Source: Callorhinchus milii
Taxonomy: Eukaryota
DNA length: 64,000 nt
Assembly (NCBI RefSeq): GCF_018977255.1
Contig: NW_024704745.1
Location: forward strand, 65,472,001 to 65,536,000
Direction of reading: 5' to 3'
Shown here: in pieces, positions 24,625 through 37,616 of the stretch
Position numbering within the stretch: position 1 is the first letter of the stretch
Layout of the letters: the number at the start of each line of letters is the position of its first letter
Made by a program: the position numbers and the translations under genes
The notes under the pieces: model-generated
Databases searched by the model: none
Told to the model about the DNA's origin: nothing
What the model saw: the letters and a program-made list of their open reading frames with translations, nothing else

Positions 24625-26039
24625 ATTTCAGGAGAAATAGAACATTTCCTACTTTATACTTTTGTCTGTTATTCATAGTTGTCTTTAGCTTCCCAATGAC
24701 TCAGGAGGCTAGGTTGCAAACAAAATGAAAAATGACTAGCAACCTGGGGCCAAATTTAAAATGTCGTTGTACTTGTTATTCTACGAAATGGAATATATCG
24801 AATTATAAATTACAGTATTCATGGTGTATGCTGTAAGTGACTGTGTTACAGACACTGAGGGATGTCTGTGATAACTGTTAAGCACAATGAATGGATACGT
24901 TTGCAGCTTCAACAAAGGTGGGAGTTTTTGAGAGAGTGGAGGGAGTGTCTTTCTAAACGGAAATTGTAATTCAGGAACATAAGGTGGACTTGATTTAGCT
25001 GTAGTGAATAATATGTTCTTTGACTGAAAGTAAAAGGCAAACCCATTTTGCTTCTGCCTTGGATTGGTAAATGCTCCTTTGATTTATTACTCTGACTTTG
25101 CATTAGAAATGCTTGTCTTCCCAGCAAGGTTATAATTGAAAGCAGTAGCTTCAGGGTACTTCTTGCCTGCTCCTTTTTTCTTTGTTTCCTCTTTTGTAAT
25201 TTGCCAGTATTGTTTTTTGATTGTCGAAATATATATTTCCAAACACAACCCTGCAGGCGGTCAGCTACTAATAAAGTATAGTTAGAATATCAGAAACCTT
25301 AAAATAAAAGGGGAATGTCAGTAAACACTGCCTCACAATATTGTTATCCTTCATGTCCTAAGAGGTTTCTTGTCACTGTTCTTTTGAAGGTGTGCTTAGC
25401 TTGCACTGCAGAAAGCTCGTCTGCTGCTTGTGTAAGTACACACTGACATTAATTACAGCTTGATAATTGCAAAGCTCCTTGCTTCATAGCATTTGGGATG
25501 AATTGCTGATGTAATAATTGAATGTGTTTTTCTCAAGCTGTGAAAGCATTTTTTTCATTTTTTTTAATGAAATACTTTATTGATATTTAAGCATTTTTTT
25601 TCTCCTCGATTTAGATGGATTAGTCCATAAATTGCTTGGAGCCTGTAATGTTAATCTGCAAGTATACACGTAGCAGATGCTGCTTTCAGGTTGAACCATG
25701 TTGAAAAAAGAATTGGAAAATTAAAAAAATCTGTTTCAATTAGAATTCCTTTGCATATTTACAGAGGATCTAAAACAATCTGTAAAATCATACAGAGAAA
25801 CAAAATAATAACTTACAAACTCTGAATTATCAACATTCAGTGTCCTCATAACGTTGGTGTCTAAACTTTTGTTTTTTTGTTTAATTGTTTTTCCTGCAAG
25901 AATATAAACCCCTTCTCTTCTTGGGACATTTTATAAAGACGCAAAGAGATGAAGGAAGAAAGGAAATACAACAACAACTTGAATTTATACAGCACCAGCC
26001 CCAGAGCGCTTAAAGAGAGATTGGTGGCATATTCAAGTG

Positions 26040-27365
26040 TGACTGCAGTAGAGGATAAAGACAAGGCAATTTTAAATAAATATTTTGCTTCAGTCTTCAG
26101 TTGGAAAAGGAGGTTGAGGTACCAGAGGTTTCAAGAAGAAAAGAATCTTAAAAAGTTAATTATAGACCGAAAAATAGTAATGAATTAATTAATTAGGGAG
26201 TCTGAAGCCAGACAAATCTCTAAGCTCACACAGTTTCCACCCCAGAGTACTAAACAAAATAAGGGAAGAATCTGTAGAGGCTTTACATAGAATTAAATAG
26301 ACTAATAGACATAAAAACAAACCATTCAGCCCAACTACTGTTGCAATTATTTTCCAAAGTTCAATGGTTCCGGGAATTATGCTGGAGGATTGGAAAGCAG
26401 TAAATGTAATGCCATTATTTAAGAAGGGAAGGAAGAGAGAAAGTAAGCTTCAATAGTCTGTGAGTTCAAGATCAGTAGTGGGCAAATTACTAGAATCTAT
26501 CATCCAGGGACAGAATAAATGAGCATCTAGATAAATATGCACAGATCAGGGAGACTCAACATAGGATTGTGAAAAGTTGATCGTGTCTCACAAATCTAAG
26601 TCCTCTGACGGAACCACCAAGATTATGGATAAAGGGAGATCAGAAAGCATTTAATAATAATAATAATAATAATCCTTGCATTTGATATAGCGCTTTTCAC
26701 GTCGGGAGGACATCCCAAAGCGCTTCACAGAACACACTGTAAAGTGAATTGACTGTATATTTGTGGGTGAACGCGGCAGCCAATTGCGCACAGCTATGTC
26801 CCACAAACAGTCGTAGATTGAAAATGACCAATTTATTATTGTTTTTTGGTTTTGGAGGGATTATTATTAGGCGTGTGGAGTACGGAAACTTGCCCAAGGT
26901 TTCACCCTGCCTGGAATTGAACTCAGGTCTCTCGCTTGCAAAGCGAGTGCTCTAACCACTGAGCTACAGGACTCCACATTGATAGAGTAACTCATGAAAC
27001 ACTATTAGCTAAAATTAAGACAGATAGAATTAAAGCCAAAACTGTGTGATGGATAGGGAATTTGTTGGGAGAGAGGAGATTTTCTCTGATTGGTGAGCAG
27101 TTACAAGTGAATTGGTGCTGGGGTTCTCGCTTTTCACCCTGCATATCAATGACCTGAATATAGCCTTAAAATCAGAGCCCGGCCATTTACAGCTGAGGAC
27201 AGGAAACATTTCTTCTTCAGAGAGTGGTGAAAATGTGAATATTCTACCACCAAAAGCTGCAGAAGCAGTTTTAATTTAGGATGTTTGAAAGAGAGGCAGA
27301 GAGTTTGATAATAGAGTTGTAATTGGGTATGGAAAAAGGACATGAATTGGAATTAAAAGATCTGC
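26040..27365 (+). mobile_element. Decayed CR1 ORF2 fragments, split by a SINE
   Basis: DKAILNKYFASVF, HPRVL, EDWKAVNVMPLFKKG, GKLLESII and QKAF|DRV motifs on the + strand. Confidence 0.85.
26653..26976 (-). mobile_element. tRNA-Ala-derived SINE (short subfamily), full length
   Basis: Full head tggagtcctgtagctcagtgg through (att)n tail; inserted into the CR1 QKAF|DRV motif. Confidence 0.95.
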
Positions 27366-27367
27366 CA

Positions 27368-27730
27368 AACAATAACAAATTACATTTTTATATGAACTCT
27401 CTGCCTCCTCTCTCCCAACCAATTCTCTATCCATCACACATGTCGGACCAGAGTGGAGGCCAGGGAGGGTGGGGGTAGGAGGGTGATCGAAGGTGCGTTT
27501 GAAGAGCAGGGTCTTGAGACGGTCCTTGAAGGAAGCAGGGAAGGGAGCGAATCAAAGGGACTGTGGAATACAGTTCCAAAGGGTGGGGGCAGAGAAGCTG
27601 AAGGCCCAACCACCGATGGTGGGGTAGGCTGGGCGGGGTACATGAAGCATGCTGGAGCCCGCTGAACAGTGGGAGTGGACATGTTGCTATAGATTTGGCA
27701 AGTCACAGAGGTAGGGAGGAGCAAGGCAGT
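27368..27730 (-). mobile_element. L2 3' fragment
   Basis: gggtcttgagacggtccttgaaggaagc...gttccaaagggtgggggcagagaagctgaaggcccaaccaccgatgg. Confidence 0.85.
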
Positions 27731-28869
27731 GCCAAAATCTACTAAGCTGGTGAAACAGACGCCATGGCCTGACTGGCTTCCTGCAGTTCCTATTTTCCTA
27801 AACCTGGAGGCCCGACCTCTAGAAAAAGAGGTGGTTTACTAGTTCTGCAGCATATGCCTGTTCCACTCTGACTGAGCTTCCAGTCTCTGCTACTGTTATT
27901 TAGCGGTTTAGTCGGTTTGGAAAAATGGCAAACATTTTGCACATATACATTATACATGTGCACAAAACAAACCTCAGAAAGCCATGGGATTTTGAGGTGA
28001 AAAGACCAGGACTGCACAATCAGTTATATTGGTGTCATTGCTTCCACTTGATCCACTCTCATTGTGTAGCAAGAGGCCTGATTGAAAACCAGCTTAAAAC
28101 TCTTAGTGTCGAATATTCTGGGACTGAAGCTCAATGATATTCATATGGTTGTGCAATTTGGATGTCAACAGTGACATGGCAGATGGAACAAGAAGAACCT
28201 TTGCCCCAACTTTGCTTCAAAGTTTAGTTTTCCAATAAATGGTGGTGCTTGATGGTGTATTGAGGATGTTCAGTACTCAGTATCTTGCTCTCTTGCATTC
28301 TAGTAATACATTTCTACTGAATAAACACATTTTTAAGTCAAGAGCAGGTGGAAGGTACAGAGAGCAGTTCATGAAGTTGTTGTTTATCCAACAAGGACCT
28401 CTGGGAAGAATGGAAAAATTACATCAAGATTTAGAACCCATCCACCCCTGAAACTTTTTATTAATGCTTGCAAACAGATTGACGGTTACATCATGGTTAA
28501 TTAATCACTTGAGTTTTTGTAGGATATTGTTCTTATAAGGTCAGTTACCATTATGATAGAAGGTTTTTGTGACTTGTTCTGTCTGTGCTACTTAATGACC
28601 CAGTTGATTGTCATGGAAATTGTAGTTTATACCATATTCAAAGTGGGAGATGCATTACAAGCATATGAAAGCCATTTAGTCTAGTGCCTGTAGAAGTGGG
28701 AGTATCCCCCTGAAACTGGGAACATTGCCATGGAATGCCAAGCAGTTTGATTTCAGGAAATCATTGCTCTTTCAAAATCCTTTCAAAATCTTTGATTTTT
28801 TTTCATGGGCATTTTCAAAATTAGCAAATATTGACATGGGGTGATTTCCCATTCATACTTACCTAAAAT

Positions 28870-29245
28870 TTAGAACCATAGAAATTTACAATGCAGAAGG
28901 CAGCCATTTGGCCCATCGTTTCTGTCCTGCCTCTTTTATAGAGCAATCCTTTCAGTCCCATTTGCTTTCCCTTTTCTCCATACCCATATAGTTCACTCCT
29001 GTTTGGATATCTATCAAGTTCCTTTTTGAAAGGGAATCTGGCTTAGCCATTGCTCTCAGCATGGCATTCCGTACCCTAACTACTTTGTGGGTGAAAAAAA
29101 TTCTCCTAATCTTCTGTTTTGCCCATCAGCTATCTTAAATTGATGGCCTCTAGTCACTGAGTCACCAATCTGTGGAAATAATTTCTCTGATTTGACTCTT
29201 ATCAAAACCCCTCATAGTTTTAAGGACCTTTATCAGGTGACCCCT
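28870..29245 (-). mobile_element. CR1 3' end, older
   Basis: tagaaccatagaaatttacaatgcagaaggcagccatttggccc...tatcaaaacccctcatagttttaa. Confidence 0.8.
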
Positions 29246-29309
29246 CCACAAGTAAAATCTGAAAAGCAGCAAGACACGTAGATGATGTCTGGAACATTAA
29301 CCCTACAGA

Positions 29310-29545
29310 GGCTTACTCCACAAGCCTCTGTTTACTTAGCAGTGAGTAGGAACCTGGATGTTAAGTCAATTGGCAGATCGCTTTTCTTGGGGTAATAATA
29401 TTCTCTTAAAAAAAATGTGGTCACTCAATCCACGACTTGTGGAACGCTGCTGTGCATAATTGGCTGTCGCATTTTGCCTATAAAATATATAGTCAATTCA
29501 CTTTACATTATATTCTGTGAAGCGCTTTGTGATGTCTTGATGTCT
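29310..29545 (+). mobile_element. tRNA-SINE (long subfamily) fragment
   Basis: cttactccacaagcctctgtttacttagcagtgagtaggaacctgg... Confidence 0.8.
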
Positions 29546-30554
29546 TGATGGCTGTGGTGATAATTGTACTGCATCTCCTAGTGTGGTCTAGAAATCTCAA
29601 AAAATAGTGCTTCACATTTCAATGGAGTAAATTTTACCTTCCAATGATAAACCTCATCTTAATTTCTCTTAAACTCCCAACCACAAATTGCTTTCTCGAG
29701 ATTTATTTTTAAACTATGTGCAAATTCTTATTAGCTTAATTGTCTCTTGCCTCGAGTACAAAACACTTAGGCTACAATGCTGAGAAATTTTAATGGGCTG
29801 AAATAGTTCCAAGGCAAGAGGTTGGAAAATGTGGGATTGCAGTTCTATTTTTACAGCAGCAGAATGTCATTAGCAATTTTGTACAAAAAAGCTACATCGC
29901 AATAACCGTTTTACAACAATTAAATTCTGATGAGATGAGCTGCTTCATAAAAGGGATGAATATTTTTTTCCTGCATATAAAATTATTAGTTTAAGATCCT
30001 TTACCTACATGTGCCTGGTGCATTCTACAAGTCTATCTGTATATGCCTCTCCATACTAAATGCTTTAGTTTGATTCTCCTATTTCTACTCCATTTAAGCT
30101 GCTTCCTCAAGCAAAACATTTTTCTTTGAATTACTGTATTGCAACTGCTTTTGGCCTGTGGGCTCAAGCATTTGTTTCTGATTCACCTTTGTTTCGCTTG
30201 GCTGTGTAAAATCTTGGCTTTAATATCTCTAATATTCTATGAAAGGATGAATCTGCATTGCGCAAATTTGTCCTTTTGACTGGAAGGGTTATTTCTTCAT
30301 GATTAAGTGCACGTAGCATGCAACATTTTCCCTTGGGGAAAAATGGCTAAGGACCATCTGGAATACAAAGCATTGGGTTTGACACCAGTCAAAATCCTGT
30401 TCCTCGGGCACCAAGTTGACATTGATGAACCCAAACCCCACGAGGAAGGAACTTGCTCCACCTGATTTATATTGAGGTTTTTGAGCCAGAGTCATTTTTT
30501 TCCAGAGATTGCAGCGTGACATTTTACTGGTACAGCACAATTGGGATTTTTTCT

Positions 30555-30735
30555 GTTCAGCTAGCTGCGATGCAAAAAACCCATCGCCATGCTTAAAGTG
30601 TATCCAAACCAGACTGAGAGATCCATATCTGCATGCCATTCATCCATGGAAATTTCTCTTTGTCTGGAATGGAGTGCACGTTCTCTCCCCAAAGAGACAG
30701 ACTCTGCTTAACTAATTACAGAAGATATTAGAGTT
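30555..30735 (+). repeat. Unclassified repeat, copy 3 (5' part)
   Basis: aacccatcgccatgcttaaagtgtatccaaaccagact...catggaaatt...ggaatggagtgcac. Confidence 0.7.
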
Positions 30736-31604
30736 CTCTGAAAACTGAGGGATGGAAGAACCTGTAGAAACTTTCAGCACAAAAGAAGACGATTCAATCT
30801 ATCTTGTCTGCTGGTTCTTTTCAGAGCAATCCTGCCCATTTACTTGCACTTTCCTCATACCCCTATAGTATCTGTGTTTATTTATCTAATACTTGCATTT
30901 ATATAGCACCTTTCATGTGGGGTCTTGTCTCAGAGACATAACTGTGGCAGAGCTTGACACCGAGCCATCAATTTCCGATCTATTTTTCTTTGAGCGCACA
31001 CAGAAATGTGCCAGGATTTGGAAGGCTAATTGGCTCTTAAGATCTTGGTTCTGAGTAGAAAACACTTGTTTGTTGTGAAGATTCCAACACAGATTCTTCT
31101 AATTTTGAAGTATTTATGGTTGGCTCTTGAAGTGTAGGCTGACAAAAGTGTTATCTATCTACTGTGCCCTGTTTATCAGATATTTTTGGCCTTGATATTG
31201 ATATGACTTAGATATTGTACAGATGTACAGAGTCCCATTTTCTCAGCTGGTGGCTGGAATAATCTTTTGTGTTTGCACAGAAATTGAGCAGTTTGATTGC
31301 TATTTATTCAAGATTACTGGTATCGATGGTATTGGAAAACGTACTAAACACGAGTCCCTGAATGCATTGCATAATGGTGCTACATGTTTAACTTTTGATG
31401 CCTTCTGATATGCATAGTCCAGGAACAAAAAGCAGCTGGCATGTTTACTGCAACTGAATGGTTGGTAAAGCAGAAAGATATGCTATATGCTGGTTTCCTT
31501 AGTTCTGTTTAGATAGTCAGAAGTGCATTTGCAGTAAGTAGTCTTATTGTATATGATAACTGAAGCTTGGCAGATTATAAAGAGACTTTGGTTCCCAAAG
31601 TGCA

Positions 31605-31642
31605 GTATCATTTAAATCCAAATGTATCATTTAAATCCAAAT
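31605..31642. repeat. Perfect 19-bp tandem duplication
   Basis: gtatcatttaaatccaaat x2. Confidence 0.9.
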
Positions 31643-33919
31643 CATTATGGCACTCTTACTACAAAATGCCTCTTAAAATATGGTCAACACTTTAAAAAAA
31701 ACTCAGTTTGACTGGTGAGATGAATAGTGTGAGTCATTGGTACATGTAGTCATTGAGCAACTTGGGAGACCTTCTGTTTCTGTGTCTTTGTTCACAAATG
31801 GTACAGCATATTAGTAGGTTAAAAAAGTGGGTGTCTCCTAGGTTCTAAAGTACAATGAAATGTGCTATAATGCAATTCAAGTCACAATCCCTATAGGTTT
31901 AGTAAAGCAATAGCTTGGGTTGACTAGCTTTTTCTCTCCTTGCTCCTTCCAATTATTTTTGCATAGTTGATGTGAGGAACTCGAAATGTGAAAATATGTG
32001 TACAGCTCTGATTTAGTGCCAATCAAGTAATATCGCAGAGAGGAATAGGAACAGAGGGTTATGTGAAAATGCACAGCACATGAAAGCCTTGAACAGTTGA
32101 ACGCAAACAAGCCACTGTGGATTGCAACTCTCAACATAAACTCAATACAATAACACATAAGCAATTGAATTGGAAATGAGTTAAAAGTCTACCTCAGAGT
32201 AAAGTAAGCATTGCTTCAAACTTCCAATGTTTTGGTGTATTAAGTGCCTGCCATTGCTGAAGGTTTGTGGGATGGGAGATGATGGTGTTGCATATCTGGT
32301 CTTTGCAGCTTTCAGACAAATACTGTGCTACTCAATTCTTAGTATCTTAATCTGTATTTCTTGACTTGTGGCTCATTCTTAAAATCCCTCATGCTCTCTG
32401 TTATTGTATTTTCATGTAAATCTCTGTCTTGCTTTCTGTCATTCAGGAGCATGCTTTGCCTACTTTGATTTGCCTAGAAAAAATAAGTTGCACATTTCAT
32501 GGTAAATACTTGTAGATTGTTCTCACTTGAATTGTACAAAGCACACAGCTATTTGAAATGTTTGTGGTATGCACGGTTTGATAGCCATGTGTGCTGCGTT
32601 TACTATGGTTTACATCAGTCAATTTAATCTGAGTTTGCTAACTATAAAAGGTTAAGTCTTCTATGGCTAATAATTTAATGTAGTTTCCTCAAAATTGTGT
32701 TTCAGTGCGATGAGACGGATGTCATAACTGAGACATGGAGTCCAGCACAAAATAGCAGTGTTAGTCAATTATGTCAGTCTTATTATACCAGTTCCTATCT
32801 TCATGATGAACTAGTGTTACGAGAATAGTAACAATTGCTGGAAATACCAATCCACAGTACAAAATTGAACTAAATAGAACTAACTTCAATTGAAAATGTG
32901 GTAATCGTTTGGTAAGTACCCTGTACCTAAGTAAAAGTAACATTTGCAAAATATGAACTCTTCAATAAACTGGTTCCAGATTTTTATTCCAGGCATTTCG
33001 CCCACAAAATATACTGTCAATTCATTTTACAGCATATTCTGTGAGTCCTTTGAGATGTGTAGAAGGCATGATAACATGGTATATCAAATGCAAGGATTAT
33101 TATTATCTCCTCCCTGAAACACTGACTTTGTTTTAATGAAGTAACATCTCCCTATCTCTGTGATCTTCTCCTATGGTCACTTTGCCCTCTCCATTTCCCA
33201 GTGTCTAACTCCATCGTTGTGAAGTGCTTTGAGATGCTATAAATACAGTAAATACATAACCATTTTACTGTTTTTTTGCTGTTTTTCTGTATACGATTTA
33301 AATTAAAGTGCCTTATTCCAACAACCAAGTGTTCTTGGGGGGGAGTGTGAACAGCCTTTATATATGCAGTTTATAGATAATGTACTTCATGTGGTTACTA
33401 ACCTTTGTGCACAAGATTGCTGAGACAGCTAATCCATCAGTCTTATTTTATAGGGCCTTTGTTATTAACCTTATTTAACACCTTTCAGTTCCTGTAAGTT
33501 AGACTATTGGGACACGAGAATATTAGCATTGCAGGAAGCAGTAAAGCACTATTTTTTTTCATGTGGCAGTAAGCTGCTTTTGATATGTGTCCTACTAAAT
33601 TTGCATGAACTTTCATGGTTTAGAATATACTTATTTTAACTAATATACTTTTTTTCTTTGGCTTTGTTAAATATTTGATTTTGGATTACATTTAACCACT
33701 GCAGCACAAACTGAATACTATAGACAGTGTTATTGGGATGAGTACAGCTGGATTTATTGATTTAAGTTGGGCACAAAGAGACATTCTGCATTTGCAAGCA
33801 ATAATTAAGCTCAAGCTTGAAAGATTTCAGGTTCACGGGGAAAAGAAAAAGAAAAAAAATGGATTAATTACAAGATAATACGTTTGGAAGAACTTACTTT
33901 CATATGGGTCACAGTAAGT

Positions 33920-34240
33920 TGCTGGGGTGTGTTACATTGTCGGAGGTGCTGTCTTTCGGATGAGACGTTAAACCAAGGTACCGTCTGCCTAGATGATAAA
34001 GATCTCATGGCTCTATTCAAAAAGATAAGGGAGTTCCTCCCGGTGTCCTGGCCAACAATCCCCCAACTAAAATTGGCCACCCACTCCATGGCCATTTGTG
34101 GGACATTGCTGCGTGTAATTGGCTTCTGCATCTCTCCCACAAAATACACAGTCACTCCACTCTACAGTATATTCTATGAAGCGCTTTGAGACGCCTTGAT
34201 GACGTGGTAAGGCACTATATCAAATACAAGGATTCTTATT
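33920..34240 (+). mobile_element. Deu-domain SINE (well-preserved core)
   Basis: gtcggaggtgctgtctttcggatgagacgttaaaccaagg...aaagatctcatggc...gttcctcccggtgtcctggccaaca. Confidence 0.88.
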
Positions 34241-34607
34241 AAATTCTCTAAAAATTGACTAGCGAGGTGAAGAACCAAAGCTCCACTGTGTACTACATTA
34301 TCAAGGTTGAAATCACCAGGAGAGAAAATGAGACTGTGATTTCCAAGATTGTAGGAGAAAAGAACATTCTGTGGTACAAGGTCCTGGAAGAAAGGAATTT
34401 GAATAGGAGGTAATGCAATCAGTTTTAAATGTAATACAGTGAAGAAATGGAGGAAAAGGAAAGAGCTGGTAGGGCAGTGTAATTGGAGGTGAATGAGAGA
34501 CGGGAGAGGATCTGAGAATGATCTTATTAGTACAGTTGAGCCAGAAAATGATGAGGAAGTACCCATGTCAGCCATATCCATGCCCACATCAATAATGTCA
34601 ACAGTAG

Positions 34608-34783
34608 TTCTCTTTGACCGTGCCTTCAGCTCCCCTCTCGACTCTCTACCCCCTCCTCGCTCCCTCCCTTCCCTCCTCTCACCATTTCCCCCCTGCTCGG
34701 GTCCTGATCCAACTGTCCAGTGCCTTGGGACGTCCTCCCGACTTGAAAGGCGCTCTATAAATGAAATCTTGTTGTTGTTGTAG
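34608..34783 (+). mobile_element. L2 extreme 3' end
   Basis: ctctttgaccgtgccttc...gggacgtcctcccgacttgaaaggcgctctataaatgaaatc(ttg)n. Confidence 0.88.
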
Positions 34784-36804
34784 TCCGGAAGCTATATTTA
34801 AAGTTAGGTAAATCAATAAGTTTTTTTCATAACTTTTAACTCTTAAAACTCTCAAACTAAATAACTGTCTCTAAAGAAGCCAATCCCTCTTACCATTCAA
34901 ATTGCCACCCAAAGCCTTTCTTCTGTACTGCTGTCAACTCTAAAATTGTTCTCTTCAAAGTTCAGATTTGATCCATTGATTCCCTAAGTTATGTACCTCT
35001 GGATCTCTGGAACATTTTGGTGACTCACTTGCAACCAAGTTGGACATCTATGAGTTATTTGACACTGAAGGCATTTCTGCACAGCTTAAATGGTTGCCTT
35101 GTTGTGCTCTTCCACCAAAGCTTTATTATTCGGTGTTATTTATCACTTTCTTTATATGCTGTACTTGCTTTTTCACTCTTTTTCTATCAATTTATAATTT
35201 CCCATGACTATTTACTCTCTCTTTACTGTTCCTTTCCCACATCAATGACATCAATGACTTGCACGTTTGATCCAAAGCTAGCATAGCTTTTGCTTTTGAT
35301 TCCACACAATATCCGTTTCGTTTGCTTCAGATTACACGCACTCTTATTTCCTCTCACAGTGGAGTGACAGAATCACTCGACCTTGATCTCTTTGATGCCA
35401 TTTGATGAGACAATGATCCCCATTCTTTGACTTCATAAGGATGCTGTCTCTTGCAAGTCTGACCACTAGCTACCATCTCTTCTTGCTTTTATAACGGTCA
35501 CTAGAGGGTAATGCAGCAGCTATCTATACCAAAAACATTCAAACAATCAGCAATGACATGAACTAAATTTAATCTCAATGAATTTTAACAGGAACGAATA
35601 TTGACCAAGACGTCACTTTCTAATCACACCTCATTGTTGCCCTTCAAGATAATGCCGTGGGATTCTTTTTGGTCACGTAAGCCACCAGAATAGACAGACT
35701 GCTCGTTTGTTTTATAAAAATGAGCGTTACAAAAACAGGGAACAAAAACTGTTCTACAAATTATAGCATTGCCGTAATCCTGTAAAACATTTTTGATTAC
35801 ATTTATTTTCACTACAATACATTCAAGGGACCTTCAAATCTGAACACTGAATTTAAATGTTTTGGGGAAATTCCAGAGCCAGAAGCACTGGCTGAATATC
35901 TACCACATATTTTCCCCATGTTGTTCATTGCACACAGATTTCTCATTATGCAGTAGATACAATAAGCAAGATATTTTTTAAAAGGTAGCCTGAATCCAAT
36001 CATTTTAAACAATCACTGGACTAGGCAAAGGAGCAGAAAGAAAGGGAGCATTCTCCCAAATAAATAATCTAAAAATTATTTCTGTTTTACATGTTTCATT
36101 TATATTGAATTTTAATAATTGAATTCTCTTGTAGTTTTATTTTCAATTAGTTTTTGTTTAAAACTTTGCCTTTAATCTTTAAATCTTGCTTAACATTTGC
36201 TTAACTCCTGCACCTGCTCTTTATAAAGGAGCAGAAGAAAACATTGAATACGAGAAGGCATTTGCCCTCCACAGACAATACATCTAATGGATCAGACACC
36301 CTTCACTCTAACTCCAGATTTGAATAGACCGTCTCAAAGACAAACGTAGCTGTAGCAACACATTATTGATTGCGTCGCAAGTATTTGTTCATCTCAGTCA
36401 GCACCTATATATCCTCTAGGTCTGTATTGAAGCAGATACTTACCTAGTTTTGTTTTGAAGGACGTTCTCAACTTTTAGTCGAACATTCTGCAAGCCAAGT
36501 GCATGCTGAAAATAATTATTCATCTGCTTGCAGGGCCAACAAAGACAATCAATTCAGCCAGGTTAGAAGAAAGCAGCTTCAGCTGGCAAGGTGACAAATG
36601 TGTCTACATTCAGTGAATTAAAAGGGAAAAGGTTGTTGCAAGGTTTGAGGGGGAATTAAGGGAAAGCAGGGAAGAGGGATTGCTTTGGTGGTAATGAGAG
36701 AGGCTGATTGTGCTGAGCTTTACGCAAAGAGTTAATTATAACTGAAAGGACATTTCAATATTCAATATACCCCCCCTCCCCCCCATATTGACTTCCACCC
36801 TCTT

Positions 36805-36838
<34 letters not shown>
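36805..36838. repeat. (TG)n(AG)n compound microsatellite
   Basis: tgtgtgtgtgagagagagag... Confidence 0.95.
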
Positions 36839-37514
36839 GAGTGGGGTTACAATGAAATAAAATTTAAACCAAAGCAGCTGATTAAGGACATGTTTCAGTG
36901 ATTTATTTTGTTTCTGTGAGCACTGTGCTGGGTTATATAGCTGCTCGCTGAAGGCATCCCCACCATCATTGGCACTGTTCTTAGCCAAGCTTTATTTAAA
37001 AAACAAAAACCCTAAATCCATATTTATACAACCTCCAATATCAGTTGTCTCACTGTTCCAGGCATGACATATTTCGCAATCTCATAGCTGCCTTTGACAA
37101 TGTTGCTTGTGTGTCATCGGGTGGATTGCGTTGAATCAAAATGAGGAAATGTGCGTGACTCAGATCTTTAAAAGTTTAAAATCTGTATATTTTGTCCTGT
37201 AGTGTTTCTTTTAACAGTGTTGTGCTGGGGGAGTGCTGCATTGTCAGTGCCTACAGTAAATATCCAGTAAAGTGCTTTGAGATTTGATAAGGCCAGACAT
37301 CAAACGCAAGGATTATTTAACCAACTTTTATACACAGAGTTCAGCTGTAATTTGTTTTGGCTGCATATGCTGTTACTGCTGCAATATTTCTGTCCTTTAA
37401 TGTGTGCGTGTGACTGCATTTATAAAATAGCTTAAAGGAAAGGGATTTGAATGTTTTACATTCTATTTAAAATTAGTCCCCTGGTCCTAAAACAAAATCA
37501 TTTATTGCTGGAAA

Positions 37515-37616
37515 TACAGGGTGACCAAAAAGTCGTGATACTATTACAATGTCTAATAAGTCTTAGAGAATTTATTTAACATAATAGGGTAGCTTTCACT
37601 TTTTGGTCACCCTGTA
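37515..37616. mobile_element. Tc1/mariner-type MITE (98 bp) with TA target-site duplication
   Basis: TA-cagggtgaccaaaaagt ... actttttggtcaccctg-TA; perfect 17-bp TIRs. Confidence 0.88.
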
